Shown piece by piece: positions 1-12,735 of a stretch of DNA of 58,841 bases (position 1 is the first letter of the stretch; the number at the start of each line of letters is the position of its first letter). The position numbers were made by a program, and so were the translations under genes. This DNA is from Guillardia theta CCMP2712 (Eukaryota; Protista; Cryptophyta), in the NCBI RefSeq assembly GCF_000315625.1, contig NW_005434558.1, forward strand, positions 1 to 58,841. The letters are read 5' to 3'. The notes under the pieces were generated by a model. The model was not told where the DNA came from. It saw only the letters and a list, made by a program, of their open reading frames with translations, and ran no database searches.

Positions 1-3000
1 CAGCAGCTGGAACAGGAGAGAGATGGAGGAGCAAGAGCAGGCTGGGGTAGGCGGTCGCACCCTGCTGGGGCATTTTCTGGTTTGGCACCATGAACTGATT
101 CCTGTCAGCCTCGTCAGCTGGAGTCGAGCTGAAGGAGAGCTGAGATTTACATGTCATCGGGGGTTCGATTGATCTGGGGCTTCACTTCGAACTCAGGTGG
201 AGGCATTTCCATCTGCAACAAGAGCAACTCAACACGATGATGCAAGGAAGAGATGCGGAAGTTCTTGATAATGATCATCGAGATGTTCATAATGATAGGG
301 AAGAAGACGATGATGACAAAAGTGATGATGATAGCGACGATGATGATAGGGATGATGATCACGACGACGTTCGTCGTTGTTGATGATGGATGTGTTGTTG
401 ACAACGTACCATTCCCATGTTGGAGCCTCCCATGTACTGCGGTCTGAACTCATCAACCTCCAGCCTGGACCACTCATCCCCCTGCTTCAAATCCCTTGAG
501 CGTCCCTCTCGTCCTCTGCCTCATCTTACATTCCCAGGCGGCGGCATTCCTCCCTGCATCTGCCCGCCGAAGTCGTTCTGCATCTGATCACGAAGATGAC
601 CATGAGAACATTGAATCCCGCCCGGCAAGACCAAGAGGAGGACGAGGACGTGTTGGTGGTAGAGGGAGAGGAGGTGAGAGCAGGAAGGGAGGGGAAGCCG
701 AGAACTCGATAGGGAGCACCATGGGAGGAGGAGGTGGTGGGGGAGCGGGAATGATCAAGAGCAAGTAAACCCGGGAGCAGCAGTGGGGACGGGAAACAGA
801 GACAAGAAGATCAGCAGCGAGGGGCTGGGTATCACCTCGTTTCTTCCTCCATGGCTCATGCTCCCGTACTGACCTCCCTGCATGTCCGGGCCCGAGGCAT
901 CCGGTCCCATCCCGCCCCCCGCCATCATCCCAGCGCCCCCCGCCTGCATCCTCGAAGGTAAGCCCATGGGAGGTCCCATCGGCGACGCGCTGCTTCCGGC
1001 TCCCATCCCGTTGCCCATGTACTGCTGCTCCTGCTGCATGTCCGGCATGGGATACCCTCCCATATTGTAGTTGCCCATCATGCCTCCTCCCTGCATCCCC
1101 TGCTGCACAAGCTCAGCGGTTCGACCAGCCAGCGGTTCACATCCTACCATCGAGGCAGGAAGCTGCTGTACTGGGCTCGGTGCATATCCCTGCCAACGAG
1201 CGTCAACCCCCTCCCTCCCTCCCTGTCAGCTGCCGCGTCCCACCTGCTGCATCTGCACCTGCTGCTGCTGCGCCAGCATTGGATTGACCATGTTCACTGA
1301 GGCAGGCTTTTGCTGCGACAAGGTCAATCAGAGCCTGCACAGCTCTTCCTCCTCCACCTGCTCTAGCGTGTCCAGGGAGAAGCGGACGGACCCGCACTGG
1401 CTGCGAGCTCCCTGACGACTCAACAAGTCAGACAGACCGCAATCGGAGTTTGTTCTGATCGACCTGGAGGGACCCGAGCTGGTCTGCTTGGTAGCTGATT
1501 GATCCACATTCACTCCTGGCACTGGGTGAGCTTCCGATCTCTAACACGCCCCAACAGATTTCTCACCTCGCCGCTTCCTGACTTCTCTCGTACTCCAACC
1601 TTCGCAGGGCGTCGAGAAACGCTTTCTCCGCAGCCTGAGAGTCGCCGACAGGCGTCAGCCTGGCTCAGCGGCAGCTCACGCTCGCGCCTACCTGAAGCGA
1701 CGAGCTGCCCATGGCGGGTTTCTGGGGCAGCGACTGACTCATGTGAGGCATCATGCCGGGCATTCCTCCTCGCATCATGTTTCCCATGCCCATCCGAGAG
1801 TCCTGAAAGGCGTCTCACAACATCGAACCAACTCTTCATGGCAAGCCTCTCACAGGGTACATTCCCTGGCTTGAGTGTCCGATACTCCCCATGCTGCTCA
1901 TCGTCTCTGACATGTTTTCCCGAGCCGCAAGCTGGCAGAGAGGGCAAAGGATCAGTATTATGCATCAATGGACCAATTCAAGTCATTGCAAGCTTCTTCC
2001 ACGTAACTGTCCTACCTGCACTGCCAGATCTTCGGCTCTTATTGCAATACTGTTACAGGCTGTGTTGCTGCAGAAATAATGTCAGAAATGATCACAGAGG
2101 GTTACAGGACTCGCCATGCTGTATTAAAAGCAGTGTTCCTGGCTGTATTTGCCAAGGTTGAGAACACAGAATCATATCCCTGTCTCTCAATCAAACAAAC
2201 AACTCCTGTAACAAGGATCAGCATACCGTGTCGATCCCAGGTTCTGGAAGTTCAAGTTTTGGTGGGATCAGTGCCCGTTGCGTTTTGATTTCCCTACAAC
2301 AACATCATGGGGGAATGGATTAATCTAGGTTGTTAGGTTACTGGCTCAGATTGTGGGCATCTCGGTAGACGAGCAAGGTCCGTAAGGAATCCTTCTCAGA
2401 CTGGGCAGGGTCTCAGCAAAATAATCCAATCCTCAGATGCATCACTGTGACTGCAGATCCTGCGTCCATTTGGCAGAGTAGCACATCTTCCGGCCTGAAC
2501 TACATTGAGCCCAAGCAGGTTGCAACTTCACAACTACTACAAACCTTGTTTCACAGGTTCCCACGCCGGTGATCTCGTCTACGTTCCATCCCCCACATCC
2601 AATGAAGGCTCGCTGCAAAGATGTGTGAGGCAAAAGCCATTTCACCACGAGAATCTTCACCTGCCCTTTCAATTTGTCTATGTTCAACATTCTAAAGCAT
2701 AGAGGGTTATTTCAACGGCATGAAATGATTCGATCGGGCAGAAACAAGCTTTGCATACCGTCTCAGTGAATCAGAGGCCTCCACTATCTGAACGATTCAC
2801 TTCAGTTCACCAAGGAGTCATCGCTCGATAAGAAAAACCTCTCCATCCTCTTGGAGAACCGCGACTGCAAAAATCTCCCGAGAGGCATTCATCACATCCC
2901 GGATAGACACCTTCCCCTCGCTCGCTCTGTTCCTCTGCAAAAGACCAAGACACTGTGAATCTTTGGACGTCATTCAAAGGGCTACTGGTTTGCTGACCTT

Positions 3001-3810
3001 CTTGCTCTTTTCAGAATCCTGTAACAAGGTCAAGGTCAGCCGAAAATCGGATCAATAGAATTCGAATCACCTTGCCAACGGCAGCCCTGACTGCATCAAT
3101 CACGTCTTCGAGAGTCATGTTCCTCGATCGTTTCTGAAGAGAACCCGATCAGTAGGAGGTCAATCATTCGAGATACTGGGTTCAGCAGCTACTCGAACAA
3201 CGGCTCAAATTAGAGATATCAATCCTTCACCTGCAGAGATAGCTCTGCTCCCGATGCGGGAAGGGAGAATGCCCTGTGTTTCCAAGAGCTCACAAAGCAA
3301 TGACAGAGGATGGAGAGGAAGTATAATGCAAACCGGTAGGGATACTTGGCTGGAACCATTCCATCGAGGACTGTTACATTGAAATTCAGCTCAGCAGAAA
3401 CAAGCTTGTAGAGCACCTGTTATAAGCTCTGTAGCTCTTTCTCTGTTTCTTCTTTGCTTCGCCATGACTGAATCCGGCACGAGTACGTGGACCTCTCTGG
3501 ACCCCTTTGCTGTAGTCTTCCAACCCCAAGGGCTTTCACACTAGCCCAATAGCATGCATGATAGCGGCAGCACTGTCAGGATGGCAGGGCAGAGAGAACC
3601 ACGAGAGACTCGGAGATTGGTTTGATAAGACTTTCTCACGGCTTCCTGGAAAACCAGATGAAGAGACTTCTGTCTGACTTCTTCCAACCAATTGACCTGC
3701 CATCGATGTCCCTGTTAGCAAACAAAGGGTTGACCTGTACAAGCAACAGAGCCATGCAGAGGGAGCACACGTATCGGTGCGCATGCGGCCTCTACAGGAA
3801 GCATCGCGAT
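1..3810 (-). CDS. Multi-exon hypothetical protein(s) with a Gln/Gly/Met-rich low-complexity C-terminal part; runs off the window start
   Basis: Series of minus-strand coding-like segments (3219-3416, 1510-1968, 755-1150 with QQGMQGGGMMGNY..., 147-220) separated by short GT-AG introns. No domain recognised; could be two genes; ends approximate. Confidence 0.45.
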
Positions 3811-4587
3811 GTTCACAACTAAGAATGAAGCTAATAACAAAGGACATGGAGTCTTCCTCGGATAAGGTAAAAAGTGCCTCAAGCAGAAGAAAGCAGGAAC
3901 AAGCAAGAAGGGCGGAAGAGGCCGGGGGAAGGGCAACCTCAGGAGTGCAGAAACAGAGAGCATGCGACAGACAACAGCTCTACATATGCAGTAAGCTAGA
4001 AGGGGGAGGGAACAACAAACAGAAAGCCAAGGAAGAGGCAGGAGCAAGGGAGGGCGCAGTGGGGGGAAAAGAGGAGGGATGAGGGGTAGTTTATCCTCTT
4101 AAATGCGGGGGTAGGCGCTGGAGATATGCGGGGTAGTAGGAGATGACGAGGGGTTGGAGAGCCAAGGGACCTGAGGGGGTGGGTGGGTTCAAATGGAGGG
4201 GTGTTCAATTAGATGAGAAAACAAGGGGTAGTCGTGGGGTGGGCTAGTTATTTTAAAAGAGGAGTTGGGTAAAACAGTTAAAAACTCATTTGAAATTTTC
4301 TTACATGAATTTGAAATCTAGCGTGAAATCTGGTCCCGATTGAATCATTTCATCACGGAAAGAAGGGTCTCCTCATAAAAAGGTAAAAGTGAAAGATTGT
4401 ACCAATATTACTACGAAGGTATCCAAAAACATCTTATAAAGTTATTAATGAGTCTCATAACCAGACAAGATATGACCACCAACATTTTAAATTCATACTT
4501 ACAATACTTATTAACGAATCGTTCTCCCTTGGATGGAGACGACCAAAAGTTTCACTCAACTGTTCATTTTTAGCCACGCATCTTGTT

Positions 4588-5162
4588 TTTCAAGGGGATA
4601 TCAAATGATTTGGAAATTCTATCATGTTTTGCCATGAAACGTTGTATTTTTTCAAACCATTTGATTCATAACCCTCGTAAAGCTTGATCCAAATAGGGGT
4701 ACATGAAGAGGTTCAGTTCGCAGATACTTTTGAAATGATCTCGAAGTGGTTTTGTAGGCCGCCCCTCGTCGATGTCAAACGGTCTGTCTTGCCTACTTGG
4801 GCTTGACTCAGTTTTCATCCCCTGACTTGCTTGACCGCGGTGGCAGAGACTCTCACTAAGTCATGACTGAGCTAGTGCGACTGATATGTGGAGGAGTTGA
4901 AGAACGACATCATGGCATCGACATCGACGATACTGACATCACGGTCGAGAAACTGCAAGGAGGGAGAGGGAAGCGTTGAAGAAGCGCGGCGTAGGAGAGT
5001 AGTTGCGATGCAGGAAGTGAGGATGGTATGGGGATGAGGATTATTATTGAGGATATTGGACGAGCAAGGAAGTTACAATCCCGGCAGTTTCGAGCCTTCA
5101 AGGACTGATGATGGAGCGGCCAAGGCCCGAATAATGCAGTAAGATGCAGAGCTTTCTCTGCT
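4588..5162 (+). repeat. Diverged dispersed repeat, copy A (copy B at 11662-12506)
   Basis: Shared blocks such as GTTCAGTTCGCAGATACTTTTGAAATGATCTCGAA, GTAGGAGAGTAGTTGCGATGCAGGAAGTGAGGATGGTATGGGGATGAGGA and CCAAGGCCCGAATAATGCAGTAAGA occur in the same order and orientation at both loci. Confidence 0.85.
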
Positions 5163-6029
5163 GAAGGCTTCAAATCATGATAAAGGTTTTCAACTGCTCG
5201 AATCTGCTCAGAGATCACTGAGAGAGACGAGATAACCAGCATTACAACTGACGGTGGCCAGTGTCATTATCTTTTCGGTTTACACTAACTATAACAACAA
5301 TCAACGGAGAAGAAGAAAATAGTGACAGCAAGGACTTCTAAATGGATTGCGACAAGGAAACAGCTGAACAGAAATCGAAAACGAACTTGAAGTCAGTTTG
5401 TGATGTAAAGATTTAAACGACAATCCACGTTATCAAAGGAGATGCAAGAATGCAAACAGTACGAAAGAGTAATTGCTGTAGACGCAGGCAGAAAGGGTGA
5501 TAATATCGGCAGTTGAACTCGGAGAAGACCAACAAACAAAGCGAAGATATCAGTCTTCGAGAAAACAATATTATCACGAGTCATATTTCGATCGCAACAG
5601 AAACCAACAGAAGAAGCGGGACCGGGATATTCTCCAGGGATTCTCAAGATAGACATGCAATCCCGCAACATTCGAAGAGTCAGTCGACAGATTTATCCGA
5701 CGAATGCAGTTGAAAGAGTCGACGATGGCCAGGGCTAACAGATCAATCTTCTGCAGCTAAAGGAGGCATCAATCAGAATGATGACAAACTCATCTAAAAA
5801 CACTTTGCCGGCGGCGGGCCCGGCCGGCGGTTGCGCCCGGCCGGCATTGCGCCGGGTAAAGTTATGGAAATTTCTTTTCCCCTCGAATAAAAAAGGTGGG
5901 TTGGGAGAAATTTGGAGGGAAAGTTTCATATTTTTCCCGAAAACACGTCCAAATAAAGACAGCCCACGCCAGATTCCCTACTGGAACAATCCTGTGAACA
6001 TAATTTATTCATTGTTTTTGTTTTCGAAC

Positions 6030-9000
6030 ATGGCTTACAGTATGGCGGGGTTGTTGGGCATGGCAGTGTCTCTGGTATGCCTTGCGCCTCCTCCTGGCAT
6101 CGAAGCCTTTGCTCCCTACTTGCCTCTTGTACCCTCTCACAGACAGCTGCCCCTTGCTTGCAGCCAAAGGACGAGGAGCTCAGTCCGACCATCCCTGTCG
6201 AGGTACGTGAACGTGGAATGTGAGTTATGGCTGTAAGCGATGAGTATCACACGACAAGGTGGACATGCTGGGATACACATTCCACCCTTGATGTGCAGAC
6301 CATGAAGTAGAGGTGTATGAAGATGAAGAGAGGTGGGCATAGAATACAGTGGCACCATTGATTACGATGAGGAATGCCAGAGTAGCATTGGCGCAAGTTG
6401 TGCAGTATGCTTGTGAGGTTACCAACCTGTTAATGATTGTTTCTTTTCATCGACCAGGGCAGCAAAGCGTGAGTCGCAAGACGGGACAGACTCTTTGACT
6501 CCCCGTAACAAAGCCATTGAAGACGCAACCAAGAATTATGAGAAATTGAACCAAGAGTTGACAAACGCAATGAAAACTGGAGATCCGAGACTTTTGGAGC
6601 TTGACAATCAAGTGAAACAAAGTAAGCTTGTACTGATATTTGCAAGGTCAAGCACAGAACTTTCGGAGGCTGAGAGCACAGGAGACGAGATCAAGATCGC
6701 CAGGGCTCGTCAGAGAGTCAATGAGGCGAAGCTAAGCTTGCTGGTGTGCCAGAGGGAGGGAGAGCTGTTGGAGGCTGAGGGCACAGGAGACGAGATCAAG
6801 ATCGCCAGGGCTCGTTTGAGAGTCAGGGAGGGAGAGCTGTTGGAGGCTGAGGGCACAGGAGGCGAGATCAAGATCGCCAGGGCTCGTCAGTCAGTCACGG
6901 AGGCGAAGCTAAGCTTGCTGGTGTGCCAGAGGGAGGGAGAGCTGTTGGAGGCTGAGGGCACAGGAGACGAGATCAANNNNNNNNNNNNNNNNNNNNNNNN
7001 NNNNNNNNNNNNNNNNNNNNNNNNNNNNNNNNNNNNNNNNNNNNNNNNNNNNNNNNNNNNNNNNNNNNNNNNNNNNNNNNNNNNGCTAAGCTTGCTGGTG
7101 TGCCAGAGGGAGGGAGAGCTGTTGGAGGCTGAGGGCACAGGAGACGAGATCAAGATCGCCAGGGCTCGTTTGAGAGTCAGGGAGGGAGAGCTGTTGGAGG
7201 CTGAGGGCACAGGAGACGAGATCAAGATCGCCAGGGCTCGTCAGAGAGTCAATGAGGCGAAGCTAAGCTTGCTGGTGTGCCAGAGGGAGGGAAAGCTGTT
7301 GGAGGCTGAGGGCACAAGAGACGAGATCAAGATCGCCAGGGCTCGTGTGCCAGAGGGAGGGAGAGCTGTTGGAGGCTGAGGGCACAGGAGACGAGATCAA
7401 GATCGCCAGGGCTCGTCAGAGAGTCAATGAGGCGAAGCTAAGCTCGCTGGTGTGCCAGAGGGAGGGAGAGCTGTTGGAGGCTGAGGGCACAGGAGACGAG
7501 ATCAAGATCGCCAGGGCTCGTCAGAGAGTCAATGAGGCGAAGCTAAGCTTGCTGGTGTGCCAGAGGGAGGGAGAGCTGTTGGAGGCTGAGGGCACAGGAG
7601 ACGAGATCAAGATCGCCAGGGCTCGTCAGAGAGTCAGGGAGGGAGAGCTGTTGGAGGCTGAGGGCACAGGAGACGAGATCAAGATCGCCAGGGCTCGTCA
7701 GAGAGTCAATGAGGCGAAGCTAAGCTTGCTGGTGTGCCAGAGGGAGGGAGAGCTGTTGGAGGCTGAGGGCACAGGAGACGAGATCAAGATCGCCAGGGCT
7801 CGTCAGAGAGTCAGGGAGGGAGAGCTGTTGGAGGCTGAGGGCACAGGAGACGAGATCAAGATCGCCAGGGCTCGTCAGAGAGTCAATGAGGCGAAGCTAA
7901 GCTTGCTGGTGTGCCAGAGGGAGGGAGAGCTGTTGGAGGCTGAGGGCACAGGAGACGAGATCAAGATCGCAAGGGCTACTTTCAATCTTGTGGATGTAGA
8001 TCTAGAGTTGTCAATTGCAACTGCCAGGAAAGCTTTGAGTCAAGCAAGAGACTTTGACCTTGTTCGTTGTCAGCGAGAGCTGGATGTAGTCACATACGCT
8101 CTTATCGCGCATCGAGGAGGGGACGGGGCAGGGAAATTTGTCGCAGGTAAGTTTGGAAGTGAACTTTTGAATGCTGTTGACTGATGCTTGCTAGGTATAC
8201 AAGATCTTGCCAACAGAGTCAACTTGAATGACGTCGTGTCGTCCTTGCAAGATTTACTTGAGGATTACCTTGACGTTGAATGGGGCTCGACATCATCAGG
8301 GGTGAAACCGAGCAAAGAATTCAGTGCCATGAATCCAATCGACGTAATTGTGCGGGAAGCACGTCGAGTCAAGGATGCTGTTTACTTGTGCATGATTGAA
8401 GCTTGTTCCGGCAGCGGAAAATCGCTTTGCGCTGCTGATTTCTTTGTTCGAAATTCAAAAGACTGCATGTACTTTCTCTTCAATCCCTCCCAGCAGGTCA
8501 GCAAGCAGAGCATATACCAGTGTGTAACAAGTATCACGAACCTCATGAGCATGGCCATAAATAGTGACCTTTGCTTGTTGGCAATGGCTTCAGGTCCCGA
8601 ATTGCGTACTGAAATGTTAACTGCGATAGATTTTGATGTCAAGACTAGTGGGCAGAAATGGCACGTGCTGGGAACTCTGGGCTACTTGTGGAATGAGACG
8701 AAGTCAGTTGCTCCAGTTTCTGTGGAGGAGGCCATGAAGTGGAGAAGGAGGTGGGTTCTTATAGATGAGACCATCCCACCTGATCCGCATAAGACCTATC
8801 TGTTCTCACCGTCGGCTAAGCTGGTACTGTATAAGAGGATTTTGACAAATGCAAAGATTCACTGTATCACGCTGGGGACGAATACTCTGGTCATGAATTT
8901 CAATCAGAACTCCAAGAGCTCTGACTATAGTCGCAATGAAAAGCGAAGAATGTACTGCTTTACACATCGCTCGCTTCCTCGATACGTGCCGTCATCGAGC

Positions 9001-10230
9001 AAGGACAAAGAAATATTGGAGAAGGTTTTCGGACAGGCTCATGTTCCTGTACTTCTGGACAACGTGAACCCATGGCTCTGCTCACTCTTCTTGAATCGCC
9101 TGAAGGATGAGAGTGAGACCGAACCATCATTGTGGATCCGAAAGATCTCGAGCTTGGTCCTGGAAGAAGCCAAGATGGAGAAACCGAGCTTAAGTGACGA
9201 ATCTATCTACTGCATGTTTCAAGTAGCTGCACATCAACCTGTCTCTCAGTTGCAGATCTCCAAAGGCTTTGCACAGTTGAACGTTTGGAAGGAGGACGTG
9301 CCTCCGCGAGGTAGTAGACAGACAATCGTTGCAATCTTGAAAAGCTCAAAGACAGAAGATTTGATAATCGAGGGAACTTCTCTCCCGCTGCTCACCTCGA
9401 GGTTCCCTTCTGCTGTGCATGATCCCATCACCATGGCTATTTGTGCGGGGGGAGGACAACCTTTCTCTGACCGATCAGCGCTGGAGGTCTTACAGACGAT
9501 CCATGAAGAGATGGCGAGTGGGAATGATCCTATAAGCGTGGATGCGTTCAAGCGAGATCCAAACGTGCTGGAGTCTTTCGGGGCAGTTGTGATGATGATC
9601 AGCAGCTGGTCTCTCCCGCAGGATCTTCTGAGAAACATCGCATTTCATTGCGGCATAACAGACGAGAGAAAAGTAGAACAAATCCTGGCTGCTGTCCCAA
9701 GCAAACAAGGCTTCATGCAGATTCTAGCTTCCTGCATGTCCAACTTAGTTCCTGTGCGGTTGGGCGAGGAGAATGAACTTGCCGGGGTCTTGGGTTTCTA
9801 CACTCGTAACCGGGACAGAGACCGCAGAGGTGGGACCTTCGCTGGACCAAGTTCTGCGCACTTGAAGGGAGGAATAGAATTCAAGAATTGGAATTCTTCA
9901 CTTTCATCGACACAGTTGTCCAGCGCAATCTCTGGTCTGTTGGAGCGTAACTTGGACATTATTGTGTGTATGGTGCCGGGGTTAACAGAAAATGCTCTTG
10001 AGGGATGTATGAGGACATTGAGCCGCAAGAGCGAGTGGCTGGTGCTGCATCACACGGATACAGGCTGGACCGCCTCTTCATTTGGAGCGGTCGCATCTGA
10101 GGACATGAATGCCAGTCAAGACGAGAAAGTCGTAGATGGTCAAGACAAGACTGATGCTGTCAGGCAACAAATTTTGATGGTCATCGAGATTGGAACAAAG
10201 ACTCTTCCATTCTGCGGAGTGAGGATGTAG
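6030..10230 (+). CDS. Crinkler-like (CR-type) P-loop NTPase + REase-like protein with N-terminal bipartite (signal + plastid transit) presequence and helical repeats; frameshift and gap in the repeats
   Basis: Exon 1 is 6030-6202 (MAYSMAGLLGMAVSLVCLAPPPGIEAFAP...). GT-AG intron 6203-6457 joins in frame to ORF 6495. GT-AG intron 8147-8194 joins in frame to ORF 8188-10230. Walker A is EACSGSGKS, Walker B is WVLIDE, then LGTNT; the C-terminus has NVLESF...DRDRRGGTF...GIEFKN (ExK). A 35-nt deletion near 7346 shifts the frame. Confidence 0.75.
6660..7980 (+). repeat. Coding tandem repeat of mixed 105-bp (35 aa) and 72-bp (24 aa) units
   Basis: EGELLEAEGTGDEIKIARARQRV followed by either NEAKLSLLVCQR or R. 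Units are near-identical at DNA level; the array spans an assembly gap. Confidence 0.95.
6977..7084. other. Assembly gap (N run) inside the repeat array
   Basis: Run of N; repeat copy number and frame across it are unknown. Confidence 0.99.
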
Positions 10231-10880
10231 GAGCGGGCACAACTTGGGTCGACAAGGTTGATCGAGGCTGCAAACTTTGCTGTTGCAATGAAATTGTGTG
10301 TAGCTAGAGGATGAAGAGGCGGTGTTGAGAGTAAAGCTTTTTTTGGCTGGAGGAGGGGCCGTTACTGCATGCTCACCCCAAGATTGCATAGAATCGAGCT
10401 CATTCTCGCTCCCCCCGCGTCACACTTGATTCTTCATTCTGGCAGGCCTTGAGAGCGAAACACTGTCTCGATGAACCTCTTCGAGCTGCTTGCTCGGATG
10501 TGATCGGTTTGCGACAAGGGGTCAGGTAGACTCTCAGACTCCCAGTGAGCTCATCAATGAAGGGAAGAATGGAATCGTTGTTATCTTGGGTTCGTGGGAG
10601 CCCAGCCAGCAAGTCCAACCTGACGACTTCAAAGCGCGTCACGGCGCAGACATTGGAAGATGTTGCGACTGAATTCGCACGTAGCGTAGGCGGCTTGGAT
10701 CTGTTCGGAAGTTGTAACAGGGCCACTGGGGTCGAGGGAGAAACTTCATCTTGACCGCTGAGAGCGTCAGGAGGCTTGTCAATCTGTGAACTTTTGACGT
10801 GGCAGCGCTCAGTAATGGCGCACTTGCTGCTACCGAGGGTCAGTGCCAACCAACGAATCAGGCGACTGCTGAGTTCCTCA

Positions 10881-11586
10881 GCTCTTGTCGCTCATGGCAG
10901 CTCTTGTCGCTCACGGCAGCTCTTGTCGCTCACGGCAGCTCTTGTCGCTCATGGCAGCTCTTGTCGCTCATGGCAGCTCTTGTCGCTCAGGGCAGCTCTT
11001 GTCGCTCACGGCAGCTCTTGTCGCTCATGGCAGCTCTTGTCGCTCATGGCAGCTCTTGTCGCTCACGGCAGCTCTTGTCGCTCAGGGCAGCTCTTGTCGC
11101 TCATGGCAGCTCTTGTCGCTCATGGCAGCTCTTGTCGCTCATGGCAGCTCTTGTCGCTCACGGCAGCTCTTGTCGCTCATGGCAGCTCTTGTCGCTCATG
11201 GCAGCTCTTGTCGCTCATGGCAGCTCTTGTCGCTCAGGGCAGCTCTTGTCGCTCACGGCAGCTCTTGTCGCTCATGGCAGCTCTTGTCGCTCATGGCAGC
11301 TCTTGTCGCTCATGGCAGCTCTTGTCGCTCATGGCAGCTCTTGTCGCTCATGGCAGCTCTTGTCGCTCATGGCAGCTCTTGTCGCTCATGGCAGCTCTTG
11401 TCGCTCATGGCAGCTCTTGTCGCTCATGGCAGCTCTTGTCGCTCACGGCAGCTCTTGTCGCTCATGGCAGCTCTTGTCGCTCATGGCAGCTCTTGTCGCT
11501 CATGGCAGCTCTTGTCGCTCATGGCAGCTCTTGTCGCTCATGGCAGCTCTTGTCGCTCATGGCAGCTCTTGTCGCTCATGGCAGCT
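10881..11586. repeat. 19-bp minisatellite (GCTCTTGTCGCTCA[T/C/G]GGCA), about 37 copies
   Basis: Direct inspection; only one position varies and there are no spacers. Confidence 0.97.
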
Positions 11587-11661
11587 ACAAAGTGGAGCTA
11601 TATCTCCCCGAGTCAGCGAGTAGCCTTGAAGCCGTTCCCCATCTCTGAAATCGAGTGGACC

Positions 11662-12506
11662 TTTCAAGGGGTTATCGAACTATTTGGAAAATCAAATCAT
11701 AGTTTGCCATGAAACGATGTATGTTTCAAACCATTCGACTCATAACCCTCGTAAGGCACTATGTAAATTGGGGTACATCAAGAAGTTCAGTTCGCAGATA
11801 CTTTTGAAATGATCTCGAAATAGTTTTGTAGGCCCCTCGCAGCCAGGCAGTTCAACGGCAGGCGGACAGCAGAATGGAGGCAGCAGCATGGGAGTGTGCT
11901 CGGCGGCTATTCGTGACATGCGATCGCAACATGTTGGGAAAGCTTAGCTTGTGAGTTCAACTTCAAGATGATGAATTGCAATGCTTCTCAGCAGCAGCTC
12001 CAGGCTCTGTTGCGGTGTTGTGTGTTGTTTTGTTTGTCCGTCCCTTTTCTCAATGTCAAACAGTCTGTCTTGCCGCACTTGGACCTCAGTTTTTCATCCC
12101 CTGACTTGACCGCTTCACTGTGGCAGAGACGAGCTAGTGCGATATGTGGAGGAGTTGAAGAAGATGGACATCATCGACATCGACGAGACTTACATCGTCG
12201 AGAAACTGCAAGAAGGGCAGCTGGAGCAAATCAAGTGAGTGGCAAAACGAATCATACGGTACTGCAGGCGGGCAGGAGGGAGAGTGAAGCCTTGAAGAAG
12301 CGTTCATATGGAGGCAGGAGGACAGAATTGAGGGAGGATGGCGTAGGAGAGTAGTTGCGATGCAGGAAGTGAGGATGGTATGGGGATGAGGAGTAGTATT
12401 GAGAATATTGGACGAGCAAGGAATTCACAATCCCGGCAGTTTCGAGCAATTCAAGGAATGGAGCCAAGGCCCGAATAATGCAGTAAGACGGAGAACTTTC
12501 TCTGCT
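11662..12506 (+). repeat. Diverged dispersed repeat, copy B (longer than copy A at 4588-5162)
   Basis: Collinear with 4588-5162 but with extra internal segments; retains coding-like fragments (ELVRYVEELKKMDIIDIDETYIVEKLQ). Confidence 0.85.
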
Positions 12507-12735
12507 CTTCAATTCCCTCCTGTTCTCTTGTTCTCTTGTCCATCTTTCTCATCCCCCCCCCTTCCCCCGCCCTTTCCCCCCCCACCACCACCACACCTCC
12601 AATGATGAATTCAAGGCATTAGTCTTTCAAGTTTCTCTGCCTCTCAGACCTTCACACCCTTATGTCGTGATGACTCTATGCTGTTTTGACTGTCTTGAGC
12701 TTATCGTGTGAAGATCCTTCACACTCCTCTCACCA

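Noticed and set aside
10881-11586. CRISPR array, or three overlapping ~280-aa proteins
   Set aside because: There are no unique spacers or cas genes; the ORFs are a by-product of a stop-free 19-bp unit.
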